NCBI GenBank assembly: GCA_965219455.1 | Contig: OZ244744.1 | Location: 1,248,001-1,312,000 of the forward strand | Origin: Candidatus Latescibacterota bacterium | GTDB taxonomy: Bacteria > Latescibacterota > UBA2968 > GCA-2709665 | Direction of reading: 5' to 3' | DNA length: 64,000 nucleotides | Part shown: positions 7,975-17,941 of the stretch, piece after piece | Numbering within the stretch: the stretch's first letter is position 1 | Layout of the letters: each line of letters starts with the position of its first letter | The notes under the pieces: generated by a model | What the model saw: the letters and a program-made list of their open reading frames with translations, nothing else | The model's database searches: none | What the model was told of the DNA's origin: nothing | Made by a program: the position numbers and the translations under genes

Positions 7975-9906
7975 ATGAAGAGATCTTCGTTGTTCGGCCT
8001 TACGGTTTTGTTGGCCGGCGTCCTGTTCGCGCAAGACGCCCTGGCCCAGGACCATACCCGCCTGAGCCTCCCCGAAGGCGCCCTCGCCCGCCTCGGCAAA
8101 CGAAGCATTGGTTGGAGTGACCGCGCGTTGGCCTATTCCCCCAACAGCACTCGGCTGGCGGTGGCCAACAGCGATGTGACGGGCGGGCAAGAAAAAAACA
8201 CACTGGCAGGACATACGGATAGGGTCTATTCGGTCGCGTTTTCGCCCGATGGTAAAATACTGGCCAGTGGTAGTGGGGACAATACGATCCGGTTGTGGGA
8301 TACGGATACCGGGCAGGAAAAAATCGCTCTAACAGAACATACGTTTTTGGTCTCGTCAGTGGCGTTTTCACCGGACGGAAAGGCTGTGGCCAGTGGCAGT
8401 TGGGACAATACCATAAGGTTGTGGGATGTCGACACAGGGAAGGAAAAATTCACTCTAACAGAAAGTGTGTTTGGTGTCGAATCGGTGGCGTTTTCACCGG
8501 ATGGAAAGACACTGGCCAGTGGCAGTCGTGACAGAACGATACGGTTGTGGGACGTGGACACAGGGCAGCAAGCGGCCACTCTAACAGGACATACGGATTA
8601 TGTCAATTCGGTGGCGTTTTCACTAGATGGTAAAACTCTGGCAAGTGGCAGCGGCAGTCTGGAAAATACCGAGAATACGGTACGGTTGTGGGACTTGAGC
8701 ACAGGGCAGCAAAAAGCCACTCTAACAGGACATACACGCACCGTCAGGTCGGTGGCGTTTTCGCCGGATGGGAGGACTCTGGCAAGTGGTAGTGAAGACG
8801 GCACGGTACGGTTGTGGGACTTGGGCGCAGGGCAGGAAAAAATCACTCTGACAGGACATAGGTTTAATGTCTTGTCGGTGGCGTTTTCGCCAGATGGTAG
8901 GGCACTGGCAAGTGGCGGTGGCTGGCCGGAGTATACGATACGGTTGTGGGATGTGGACACAGGGCAGGGAACAGCCATTTTAAGAGGACATACGGATGAT
9001 GTCAAATCGGTGTCGTTTTCGCCGGATGGTCTCTCGCTGGCCAGTGGCAGTTCGGACGGCAGGATTCTTCTGTGGGATACCTCGGCGTGGGCTGGTACCG
9101 GTCCCGACGGTTCCACGGACGTGAATGAACCCGATGAAATCAGCGGGGACAGGCCGGATGAACTCGTTGGCAAGTGGGAATCGGTCGTTTCCGGTGACGG
9201 AGTGGATTCGACCAACGTGCTGGAGTTTTACGCCGATGGCCGCTTCATCATCAACGCGAAGGCCACCAGCCACGCATCCATGAAGCAGACTCTGGTCATG
9301 GAGTGGGGGGCCGATCCCGGACGCGTTCAGTCCGTGGCGGACTCCCTGGCTGCCCGAGAGTCCGGATTCCACGATGCGCTCGTTGCTGACAAGCAGGTGT
9401 TTGCCACTGAATTGACAGGTACCTGGGGCGTGGAGGGAAACGTGATCCAGGCCGTTTTGGACACCTTCACACTGTCATTAAACGGCCTTCAGGGGAACGA
9501 CGTCTTCGAGTTTTACAAAATTATCCTCCCTCTGGTCGTGCCGCCTGAATACGCCGGGTTGACACAGCTCTTTCTGCTGGGTATCGCTCTTATTCAGGAA
9601 GCTTTCGATGCGATCATTGAAGAGCGCGAAATCTTCACAATCGGCATATATACGATCGAGAACGACAATCTCGTCGTGGTACTGGACGAGAGTACTGTCC
9701 GATACTCCCGGGTATCGGACACGATAACTCCCGACTTTGATGGCGATGGTACCGTGGGTTTTTCCGACTTTCTGCAATTCGCGGCGCAGTTCGGGCTGAG
9801 CCAGGGAGATGCGGAGTATGACGCGCGGTACGATCTAGACCGCGACGGCGCCATCGGGTTCAGCGATTTTCTGATCTTCGCAGGCAGCTTCGGGCAGGGT
9901 TCGTGA
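7975..9906 (+). CDS. Secreted WD40-repeat protein with C-terminal paired EF-hand/dockerin-like tag
   Basis: Signal peptide, LPEGALARLGK leader, about 7 GH...SVAFSPDG...LASGSxDxTIRLWD repeats, an unrelated central domain, then DFDGDGTVGFSDF...YDLDRDGAIGFSDF. Confidence 0.9.
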   Translation: MKRSSLFGLTVLLAGVLFAQDALAQDHTRLSLPEGALARLGKRSIGWSDRALAYSPNSTRLAVANSDVTGGQEKNTLAGHTDRVYSVAFSPDGKILASGSGDNTIRLWDTDTGQEKIALTEHTFLVSSVAFSPDGKAVASGSWDNTIRLWDVDTGKEKFTLTESVFGVESVAFSPDGKTLASGSRDRTIRLWDVDTGQQAATLTGHTDYVNSVAFSLDGKTLASGSGSLENTENTVRLWDLSTGQQKATLTGHTRTVRSVAFSPDGRTLASGSEDGTVRLWDLGAGQEKITLTGHRFNVLSVAFSPDGRALASGGGWPEYTIRLWDVDTGQGTAILRGHTDDVKSVSFSPDGLSLASGSSDGRILLWDTSAWAGTGPDGSTDVNEPDEISGDRPDELVGKWESVVSGDGVDSTNVLEFYADGRFIINAKATSHASMKQTLVMEWGADPGRVQSVADSLAARESGFHDALVADKQVFATELTGTWGVEGNVIQAVLDTFTLSLNGLQGNDVFEFYKIILPLVVPPEYAGLTQLFLLGIALIQEAFDAIIEEREIFTIGIYTIENDNLVVVLDESTVRYSRVSDTITPDFDGDGTVGFSDFLQFAAQFGLSQGDAEYDARYDLDRDGAIGFSDFLIFAGSFGQGS

Positions 9907-9989
9907 GGCGCGGGCGCTGTGGTTCTTCCTGTCACCGCAGGGCTAACTTTGCGTCGGTCAACGATCGGGCGCTGTCCAGGACGCCCTGC

Positions 9990-10286
9990 AAAACCGTCTG
10001 GAAGTCGAGGCTTTCGTTGATGCGCAGGCACTTCCGTATCTCGCCTGGCCACGTTTCCAGGCTGTTTCGTGTCTTCTTCGGGACGACCTTTCAAGAGCGA
10101 GGCACCTCTTTCCGGATAGAAAAGGCAAAAGAGATGATGAAATCAAGGCGTGAACCCCTGTACGTCGTTGCGAAAGAGTGCGGTTTCAAGAATCAGGTCC
10201 GTTTTACAGAGGCCTTTCGCAGACTGGAGGAGATGCCTCCCAGAGAATATATGCAGACCCTGGACGCAAATATACGGAATGGGTGA
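9990..10286 (+). pseudogene. Isolated AraC-type HTH domain (fragment or small standalone protein)
   Basis: ISPGHVSRLF...RIEKAKEMM...VAKECGFKNQVRFTEAFRRLEEMPPREY; no sensor domain and no clear start. Confidence 0.65.
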
Positions 10287-10517
10287 CTGATTGCTCGCAT
10301 CTGAGCGCCCAGGAAAAACAAAGAACCCCACAAATAGGCGTTCACTGCGGGTAGCTTTTTTTTTAACGCAAGCAAAAACCTGCCATTATTTGTCGTATTC
10401 GACGTTCCGAATCTTAAACTGAACACCATTGTAACGCAAATTCAGAGTTGTAACTGAGCCATGAAATAAAACCGGATCGCCCCGTATCCGGTTAGCTATC
10501 CTATTTGTATTTTTTTA

Positions 10518-10546
10518 GCCCTGCTCAAGTAAGCAGGGCTTTTGTT
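10518..10546. terminator. Bidirectional terminator-like hairpin
   Basis: GCCCTGCT-CAAGTA-AGCAGGGC followed by TTTT, in an AT-rich context. Confidence 0.45.
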
Positions 10547-10792
10547 ATGGGACAAGCCTTGGTAGATCCTTTTGATTTTACCCAAGCTAAATTAGGCCTC
10601 AGGTTCTTACATCACATCCAATATGGCTTGAAGGTTCCTGTCTGCTGTCATCAGCAGTGTCCGGGGTGCACATGATGGGTGACGGCGGACCTGATCCCAA
10701 TCTTCCTCTTCGACGATCCTCATGCGATTCTCACTCACGTTGGATATCCCGCCCTCACCCGCATACTTCCTATTTACCAGACCGTTTAGGCT

Positions 10793-11059
10793 CGTGCTCT
10801 GTCCCAGAAATAGATTGCCAAGATTCGACTGCCGATTCGCCCGGCTCGCATCCTTCGACAGGCTCAGGTACCGGCGCCTGAGCGAATCGACCTGCGCAAG
10901 GTCGGCGAGCGACGGCACGTCGACAAGCTTGCTTCGACAGGCTCAGCACAGGCAGCGCAAGCAACGCAGCGAGACGGGATGAATCGGCCTGCCTGTGCGT
11001 GCTGTCTCACGCACGCAGACTGGCGGATGAATGGTGACATATTTCAGGGACGGGACACT
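10793..11059. mobile_element. MITE copy 1 (carries nested palindromic inserts)
   Basis: Ends CGTGCTCTGTCCCAGAAATA ... TATTTCAGGGACGGGACACT; homologous to 34146-34309 and 62499-62696. Confidence 0.8.
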
Positions 11060-11338
11060 TGGTCACGCCCGTGCAGCATTTGATGGAGACTGATCCATCC
11101 GGAAAAATAGCAGTTTGTTTGGCCGGATATCAACGATATATTCGTGATACATAGTTGCTTCTCGCCTCGAGTCTGCAACCACAATAACTTCCCGCTTGCC
11201 GGCCAATTGCGAACAGGCCGGAGAAACCGCTGATCGTCGACCGCGAGAACCATACAACGTCCCCGCACAGGGGCGCAAAAGACCCGCGTAGTTTTCGCGA
11301 ATCTGACCGATCGTGACAACAAACCGGAGCAAAACGCA

Positions 11339-12394
11339 ATGAATAGATCTTGTCTGTCTAACCTTGTCCTTTTGTCGGTCTTCCTGATCTCGGGTGGAAT
11401 TATGGGTTGTGGTGGCGGCAGGAAACTCTCCTTTCTGGTAACACGCCCGGCTGAAATCAACCTGAAGGATTTTGACAAGATCGCAATTGGCGAAATAAAG
11501 GGCTCGGGGAGCGGATTCGTCTCGAAACTCAGCGATCTCGGTAAATTTCTGCAGGGTGTAGAATCCAAAGACACATGGATCCAGCGATTCTCCGCTGAGA
11601 TGGCGCAGGCTCTCACTCATTCCCGGCGATTTGAACTGCTGGACTACGAGAGCCTGAAGATCGGACAGGACCGGAACAGCGTGATCGGGAACGTCGTCCT
11701 CATCTCGGGCGGTATTCTGGCGTACGACTACGACGAGGAGGAAATCAACGAGGACGTTGAGCATAAGAACAAAAAGACCGGAAAAAAATCCATCAAGCGG
11801 GAATACTACCGCAGAGGAACGGCACGCGTGGAAGTTCAACTGCGAATCGCGGATTTGCGCACGTCGAGGATCTTGGCCAGCAGGAAATTTTCCGAACGTG
11901 AGACTAGAAAGACATCCGGAAAGACTTCAGACCGCGCACGTATCGACAATGCCGATCGCAGGCGACTCTTCGCGGCTTGCCGAGCCGGAATTGTGCGGTC
12001 TTTCGTGCGGATGATCGTGCCGTATACCGAGCGCGTGTATGTCTCGTTTGAAACCGACAAGGAAATGCCTGAATTGGAACGCGGCTTCAGAATGGTCGAC
12101 GGGGGCAATTGGGATGCCGCGCTCAACATCTTTCAGGAAGCAACGGAGACCTATTCCAATTCCCCGGCAGTCCATAAGGCATATTACAATCTTGGACTGA
12201 GCTATATGTATACCGATCAGTTCGACCAGGCGCGAACCGCATTGCAGGAAGCCTATGCCAGGAAGTCCAGCGGGAAATACCGGAATGCCATATTGGAATT
12301 GAACGAACGCGTTCAAGAGAAACGCCGGCTCGACGAGCAGACGAGGACCGATCAAGGGACCGGGGAAAATGCGGAAACGGTGAAGAAGCAATAA
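11339..12394 (+). CDS. Putative lipoprotein with C-terminal TPR repeats
   Basis: Hydrophobic leader with IMG-C lipobox-like site; TPR-like GNWDAALNIF...AYYNLGLSYMYTDQFDQARTALQEA. Confidence 0.75.
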   Translation: MNRSCLSNLVLLSVFLISGGIMGCGGGRKLSFLVTRPAEINLKDFDKIAIGEIKGSGSGFVSKLSDLGKFLQGVESKDTWIQRFSAEMAQALTHSRRFELLDYESLKIGQDRNSVIGNVVLISGGILAYDYDEEEINEDVEHKNKKTGKKSIKREYYRRGTARVEVQLRIADLRTSRILASRKFSERETRKTSGKTSDRARIDNADRRRLFAACRAGIVRSFVRMIVPYTERVYVSFETDKEMPELERGFRMVDGGNWDAALNIFQEATETYSNSPAVHKAYYNLGLSYMYTDQFDQARTALQEAYARKSSGKYRNAILELNERVQEKRRLDEQTRTDQGTGENAETVKKQ

Positions 12395-12603
12395 AGGCCA
12401 AAGTCTTGGAACAGAGACATCCTCCTATTGAAGTCCTATTGACGCCAGGATAACTTGACAGTACCACATATCTCCCCTCGTTACTTCCCCCTTGAGGGGG
12501 GATCGGCGAGGTCCACGGCCTCCGCGTCTGCGCCTCGTCTCGCCGTCGTGAGTGGGAAGGAAGCTTATCTTTGATAGTTCACTACTGAGGGAGGATCGAG
12601 TAG

Positions 12604-13971
12604 ATGCCCGTCACCAGAAGACAGTTCCTGAAGTCATCGGCCGCCGTCACGTTGGGATTCCAAGGGCTGCAGCTCCACGTGGTCTGGGGGCTGGCCCCCG
12701 AGGAGGGGATCGCCGCGGGCTACGGCCCCATGCGACCGGACCCGGGCGGGATCGTCGACCTGCCCGCGGGCTTCACCTACCGGGTGATCTCCCGCACCGG
12801 CGTCGAGATGGACGATGGCCTGCGAGTGCCGGGGCTGCCCGACGCCATGGCCGCCTTTCCCGGGGCGGAGGGACGGACCCTGCTGGTCTGCAACCACGAA
12901 CTCACTGCGGGGGCCCGCAAGGTCGGCGCCTACGGCGATGAGAACGAGCGTCTCGGCAAGCTGCCGCGCGAGCGGTTCTACGACTGGGGCCGCGGCGATC
13001 CGCCGCAGGGAGGGACGACGACCTTCGTGCTCGGCCCCGCCGGTGAGCTGGAGAAACATTACCTCAGCCTCGCCGGCACCGTGCGCAACTGCGCCGGCGG
13101 CCTCACCCCCTGGGGAAGCTGGATCACCTGCGAGGAGACGACCCAGCGCGCCGACGACAACCACGAACAGGACCACGGGTACAACTTCGAGGTCCCGGCG
13201 GGCCCGGCCACGGGGCCGGTGGAGCCGGTGGCCCTGAAGGCGATGGGCCGCTTCAACCACGAGGCCGTGGCCGTCCATCCGGCGACGGGCATCGTCTATC
13301 AGACCGAGGACGCCGGCGACGGTCTCATCTACCGCTACCTGCCCGACGAGCCCGGACGTCTCGCGGCCGGTGGCCGGCTGCAGGCGCTCATGGCCCTCGA
13401 CCGGCCGAGCCTGGACACGTCCAACCACAAGTCGCAGACCGTCGCTCCCGGGGACCGCCTGGCCGCGGCCTGGGTCGACATCGAGGACGTGGAGTCCCCG
13501 GACAATGACCTGCGCAACCAGGGATTCGACAAGGGCGCCGCCCGCTTCGCCCGCGGCGAGGGCATGTGGTACGGCCGGGAGGCCGTCTACTTCGCATGCA
13601 CCAGCGGCGGCAAGGAGAAGAAGGGGCAGGTGTGGCGCTACGAGCCAAGCCCCAGCGAGGGGACGCCCGACGAGACGGCCTCGCCCGGGACCCTGGAACT
13701 GTTCATCGAGCCCAACGACGGCAACCTGGTGGAGAACTGCGACAACCTGACGGTGGCGCCCTGGGGCGACCTCGTGCTCTGCGAGGACGGCGGCGGGGAC
13801 AACCACCTGGTGGGGGTCACTCCGGAGGGGCGGATCTACAAGCTCGGCCGCAACGCCTTCAACGAGTCCGAGTTCGCCGGCGCCACGTTCTCGCCCGACG
13901 GCCGCACGCTCTACGCCAACATCCAGTCTCCCGGGATCACCCTGGCCATCACCGGGCCCTGGACGGGCTGA
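12604..13971 (+). CDS. phoX: Tat-exported PhoX-family (DUF839) alkaline phosphatase
   Basis: TRRQFLK Tat motif; NHE, NCAGGLTPWGSWITCEE, MGRFNHEA, RGEG, DNLT, CED, EFAG motifs. Confidence 0.9.
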   Translation: MPVTRRQFLKSSAAVTLGFQGLQLHVVWGLAPEEGIAAGYGPMRPDPGGIVDLPAGFTYRVISRTGVEMDDGLRVPGLPDAMAAFPGAEGRTLLVCNHELTAGARKVGAYGDENERLGKLPRERFYDWGRGDPPQGGTTTFVLGPAGELEKHYLSLAGTVRNCAGGLTPWGSWITCEETTQRADDNHEQDHGYNFEVPAGPATGPVEPVALKAMGRFNHEAVAVHPATGIVYQTEDAGDGLIYRYLPDEPGRLAAGGRLQALMALDRPSLDTSNHKSQTVAPGDRLAAAWVDIEDVESPDNDLRNQGFDKGAARFARGEGMWYGREAVYFACTSGGKEKKGQVWRYEPSPSEGTPDETASPGTLELFIEPNDGNLVENCDNLTVAPWGDLVLCEDGGGDNHLVGVTPEGRIYKLGRNAFNESEFAGATFSPDGRTLYANIQSPGITLAITGPWTG

Positions 13972-14330
13972 GCCGAGGCCTCAGTCAAGTCCCTGGCGCC
14001 GTAGGTGAGGCGGTCCGCCCGGACCGTGTCATTCTGTTCGGATCACGCGCCCCGGGGCGACTACAGCCCGGATTCTCCAAACGCTTCTAACCGATCATCC
14101 ATCAAATAAAAGGGTCGAAGCCACGCGCCTCGACCCTTTTTGTTTGTCTAAGCACCGTTTTCAGCATTGCGCCAACACCCTGAGGAACTTTGCCTGAAGG
14201 CGGGGCGGACATTCCTGTCTGCCCGCCTCAACGTCGTTCTGCCGGCATGGGCACTCAAGAGAGGATCTCGCCGCCGAAACCCAGCAGACAGTATCCGATG
14301 TCCCACGCATCCGTGCACATAGGACAGTTA

Positions 14331-14355
14331 GGGCAGGTTTGAAACCTGCCCCTAC
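14331..14355 (-). repeat. GTAG-type REP palindrome (copies 18258-18282, 27222-27246; related GTAG REP 32585-32610)
   Basis: Reverse complement reads GTAGGGGCAGGTTTCAAACCTGCCC. Confidence 0.8.
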
Positions 14356-14475
14356 GGTTCGCACGTCGAAACGCGACGGTGGGGGGTCCCCACCATCGAA
14401 TCTATCCTCCCATTCGACATATCGTAATTGTTGGAATCCAGGACAAATTACGGACGATTCGACAAACAAACTGCG

Positions 14476-14504
14476 TTGAACGCCGGTTTCACATTGCGTA
14501 CCAT
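14476..14504 (+). promoter_or_regulatory. Candidate sigma70 promoter of array genes (copies 18403-18431, 27367-27395)
   Basis: TTGAAC-17 nt-TACCAT; hexamers and spacing are conserved while the spacer diverges in the 18403 copy. Confidence 0.65.
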
Positions 14505-14641
14505 TACTGGACACAATATACCCGATAACGAAGTCGACATCCGTAACTGAGGCGGTTGCAGTAATGTAACTCGGCATACGGGTTCCGTCAGACTGAATGG
14601 GTCTGAGTAGAAATCCGGTAGTCACGAACACGATGGATCGA

Positions 14642-17638
14642 ATGATGACTTCCTCGAAAGACAGAATGTGTATTGCCGCCCTCATGCTGCTGGCATTCGT
14701 ATGTCACGCCGCGACAGGTTCCAATGCAAACGACGGCGACGCGACGGCACTTGCGATCAGCGTCAACGCCGCCGACGATTCCGCGTCCATTCCGGACTTT
14801 GACGGCGACGGGACGATCGGATTTGGCGATTTTTTGATCTTCGCTGGCGTGTTCGGTGCGCGCCAGGGTGATGAGAAGTACGAAGGGAAGTATGATCTGA
14901 ACGGCGACGGCGAGATTGGGTTTTCGGACTTTTTGATCTTTGCGGAGAACTTCGGCAAGGAGGCGCCTTCACCGGTCGTCGCCAACCCCGACGCCAACCT
15001 GAGGGCGGCGATCGAGGCTGCCTTGAACAAGGAAAGCGGAGCACCGATCATACAGGCTGAAATGGCGACCTTGGATAGTCTTGCAGCCAGCGATGCGGAA
15101 ATCACCGACCTGACCGGGCTGGAGTCTGCCGTCAACCTGACATACCTGAGCCTTAATGACAACGACATTACAGACATCCCGGCACTATCGGAATTGACGA
15201 TACTGGAGCGTTTGTGGCTTTCGAACAACCGAATTGAAGATATCTCGGCGCTGGCCAAATTGACCAACCTGACAGAGCTGTGGCTCTGGAATAACCAAAT
15301 CGAGGACATATCGACACTTGCGAACCTGACCGGGCTGACACAGCTGAGTCTTGGTCGCAACATGATTACTGACATCTCGGCGCTTTCAGGCTTGATAAAT
15401 CTGAATACGTTAATCCTTCGGAGTAACCGAATATCTGATCTGGCCCCCCTGGCGGCGAACAAGGGACTGGCCAGGGGTGTTACCGTCGATGTCACAGACA
15501 ACCCACTGAATGCTACATCCGAAAGCACGCACATTCCTGCGCTCCAGGCCCGGGGCGTGAGTGTTTCCTTTACCCCCTCCCCAACTGTCTCGATCCCCGA
15601 CGCCAATCTGCGGGCGGCGATCGAGGCTGCCCTGAACAAGGCCAGCGGCGCGCCGATCACACAGGCTGAAATGGCTACATTGGATAGTCTAGTGTCGACC
15701 GCTTATGGGAGGGAGGGTATACGGTCTCTGTCCGGGATAGAGTCTGCCACCAACGTGTGGAAATTGAACTTAAGAAACAACTCCATCACGGACATCTCGG
15801 CTCTGGCTGGCTTGAACAACCTGACTTATCTGAGGCTTGGTGGTAACGAACTCACGGACATCTCGCCACTGGCAGGCCTGACCAACCTAACATGGCTGGA
15901 TCTTGAGAGAAACGACATCACGGACGTGGCGCCGCTCTCGGGCTTGAGCAAGCTTACTCGTCTGGATCTTTGGTCCAACCGGATCAGGGACATCTCGCCG
16001 CTGGCAGGCCTGACCAACCTTACAGAGCTGGGGGTTGGGGCTAACCACCTCGCGGACGTGTCGGCGTTGGCAGGCTTGACCAACCTGAGAACGCTGTGGC
16101 TTGCCGCAAACAACATTACGGACATCTCGCCGCTGGCAGGCTTGACCAACCTGAGAACGCTGTGGCTTAGGGATAACGAACTCACGGACATCTCGCCACT
16201 GGCAGGCCTGACCAAGCTGAGAAGGCTGTCGCTTAGCGAAAACAACATCACGGACATCTCGCCGCTGGCGGGTTTGACCGGGATACAGCAGCTCAACCTT
16301 GGGTTCAACCCCATCGTGGACATTTCGGCGCTATCGGGCTTGACCCGCATGGGCGAGCTAAACCTTGAGGCCACCGACATCACGGATATTTCGGCGCTGG
16401 CAGCCCTGACCGGGATGTATGGGCAGCTCGACCTTGGGTTCAACTTCATCTCGGACATTTCGGCGCTATCGGGCTTGACCAACCTACGGGAATTGGACCT
16501 TCGGGGAAACCCCCTGGGCGACTCCTCCATCGACGTTCACATTCCCTTTCACGAACGCAACGGGGCTACGGTTACCTTCAACTCGCTGCGCGAGGGCGAC
16601 TTCGACATCGAACTCGTCTTCCTCGACTCGTTCACTGAGCGCCACAAGAGGGTGTTCCAATTCGCGGCCCGGCGGTGGATGTCGGCAATTACGGAGGACC
16701 TGCCGGACTATGAATTTACGCAAGGCTGGTCTGGGCGGTGCGGCAGTCAGTCGTATGAGATCTCCGCTGGCGAGCGCATCGACGACCTCCGGATCTATGT
16801 GATCAGCTTCGATCAAGAAACCTTTAAGGATGAAGGATATCCCTCTGCCGCGTGGGGTGGTCCAGATCTGCAGCGAGACGAGACCCACCTGCCCGTCGTA
16901 GGATGTATGGGGTTTGGTTTTTTTTCCGTTGGGGGGGTGTTAGTGGACGTAGGTCTCCACGAGGTGGGGCACGTCTTGGGTTTTACCAGTTCGGTATGGA
17001 GCAAATTCGGCCTCTACCAGAACCCGCCGGGTGGCGACGAGCACTTCAACGGTCCGTTGGCGATCGCCGCCTTTGACGACGCGGGCGGACGGGGTTACAC
17101 CGATGCGAAGGTACCGGTGGAATTCGGGTTCCACTGGAGGGGGTCCGTGCTCGAAGCCGAACTCATGGGGCGGATGCAGCTATGGCGGCCGTCCGGTGCG
17201 GCGCTGAGCGCGATCACGGTGCAGTCCTTCGCGGATCTCGGCTATGGCGTGGATGTCTCTCAGGCCGATGCCTACACCCTGCCCCGGACCACTTCAGGCG
17301 CAAAGGTCGCCGTGTCCACCCCCGCCGTTCCGGGCTTTGACGCAAACGTCTTCCGGCCGGACGTCTATACCTTGCCCGTCACCGACCCTCACTGGCAGGG
17401 CGGGACCTCGGGTCGCGCGCCCTTGCCTCGCGGAAACGGCCGGACGGGTCCTATGGACAGCGCGGAACGCGTATGGGGCCGCGGCATCACGTTCGATCTT
17501 CCAGATCGCCGGCAGATATGGCGCACGGGTTCGCCTAGCTTCGCCGAGCCAAAGCTCACCTGCGGTGGCGGGCTGATGAATGAACCGATCTACGTGGTTG
17601 ATCCGCAAGGGCGTATCGTTCGAACCATAAACCGATGA
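14642..17638 (+). CDS. Array gene 1: signal peptide + dockerin-like EF-hand pair + two internalin-type LRR blocks (~5 and ~12 repeats) + leishmanolysin/M8-like metalloprotease
   Basis: DFDGDGTIGFGDF/DLNGDGEIGFSDF; PDANLRAAI caps; 22-aa LRRs; HEVGHVLGF...HWR...ELM; start at MMTSS, as in the paralogs. Confidence 0.9.
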   Translation: MMTSSKDRMCIAALMLLAFVCHAATGSNANDGDATALAISVNAADDSASIPDFDGDGTIGFGDFLIFAGVFGARQGDEKYEGKYDLNGDGEIGFSDFLIFAENFGKEAPSPVVANPDANLRAAIEAALNKESGAPIIQAEMATLDSLAASDAEITDLTGLESAVNLTYLSLNDNDITDIPALSELTILERLWLSNNRIEDISALAKLTNLTELWLWNNQIEDISTLANLTGLTQLSLGRNMITDISALSGLINLNTLILRSNRISDLAPLAANKGLARGVTVDVTDNPLNATSESTHIPALQARGVSVSFTPSPTVSIPDANLRAAIEAALNKASGAPITQAEMATLDSLVSTAYGREGIRSLSGIESATNVWKLNLRNNSITDISALAGLNNLTYLRLGGNELTDISPLAGLTNLTWLDLERNDITDVAPLSGLSKLTRLDLWSNRIRDISPLAGLTNLTELGVGANHLADVSALAGLTNLRTLWLAANNITDISPLAGLTNLRTLWLRDNELTDISPLAGLTKLRRLSLSENNITDISPLAGLTGIQQLNLGFNPIVDISALSGLTRMGELNLEATDITDISALAALTGMYGQLDLGFNFISDISALSGLTNLRELDLRGNPLGDSSIDVHIPFHERNGATVTFNSLREGDFDIELVFLDSFTERHKRVFQFAARRWMSAITEDLPDYEFTQGWSGRCGSQSYEISAGERIDDLRIYVISFDQETFKDEGYPSAAWGGPDLQRDETHLPVVGCMGFGFFSVGGVLVDVGLHEVGHVLGFTSSVWSKFGLYQNPPGGDEHFNGPLAIAAFDDAGGRGYTDAKVPVEFGFHWRGSVLEAELMGRMQLWRPSGAALSAITVQSFADLGYGVDVSQADAYTLPRTTSGAKVAVSTPAVPGFDANVFRPDVYTLPVTDPHWQGGTSGRAPLPRGNGRTGPMDSAERVWGRGITFDLPDRRQIWRTGSPSFAEPKLTCGGGLMNEPIYVVDPQGRIVRTINR

Positions 17639-17773
17639 TACGTGACGTTCTTCCGTCGGTCCCACCTGTTTCCCCAAATTCACGTAGTTGGTCGTAATTT
17701 GACCATTCTCCTCTCGATGGTCCAACAGGGAGGACGGAAAACGGCCGTGCGACGTGGAAAGTCTACGTTTACC

Positions 17774-17941
17774 ATGCCAAAGTTCCCAACACTCAAGGCA
17801 CCCGACCCGAAAGCCTGCGCCGTGGCTCGCGTGGTTGCCGAGGCGGTCCGCCCGGACCGGGTCATTCTGTTCGGCTCGCGCGCCCGCGGCGACTACAGCC
17901 CGGATTCGGCAAACGCTTCTAACCGATCATCCATCGAATAA
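17774..17941 (+). pseudogene. Truncated minimal nucleotidyltransferase (MNT-like) fragment; copies 13996-14090 and 26833-27000
   Basis: AVARVVAEAVRPDRVILFGSRARGDYSPDS stops resembling the family just before the catalytic DxD. Confidence 0.7.

Larger units (their letters stand above)
13996..14640 (+). repeat. Array 5' cassette type A: truncated nucleotidyltransferase fragment + terminator hairpin + REPs + promoter; near-identical to 26889-27531
   Basis: Direct sequence match read by eye; a diverged third copy lies at ~17840-18480. Confidence 0.9.

Noticed and set aside
11250-11310. Possible c-di-GMP-I riboswitch (GGGGCGCAAAAG)
   Set aside because: Lacks the GGCAAAC start and GNRA-capped stem; only a short resemblance
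15780-16500. CRISPR-like regularly spaced repeats (also 21590-22400, 24890-25690, 28050-28780, 51280-52230)
   Set aside because: They are in-frame LRR (66-bp period) or FG-GAP coding repeats; no cas genes
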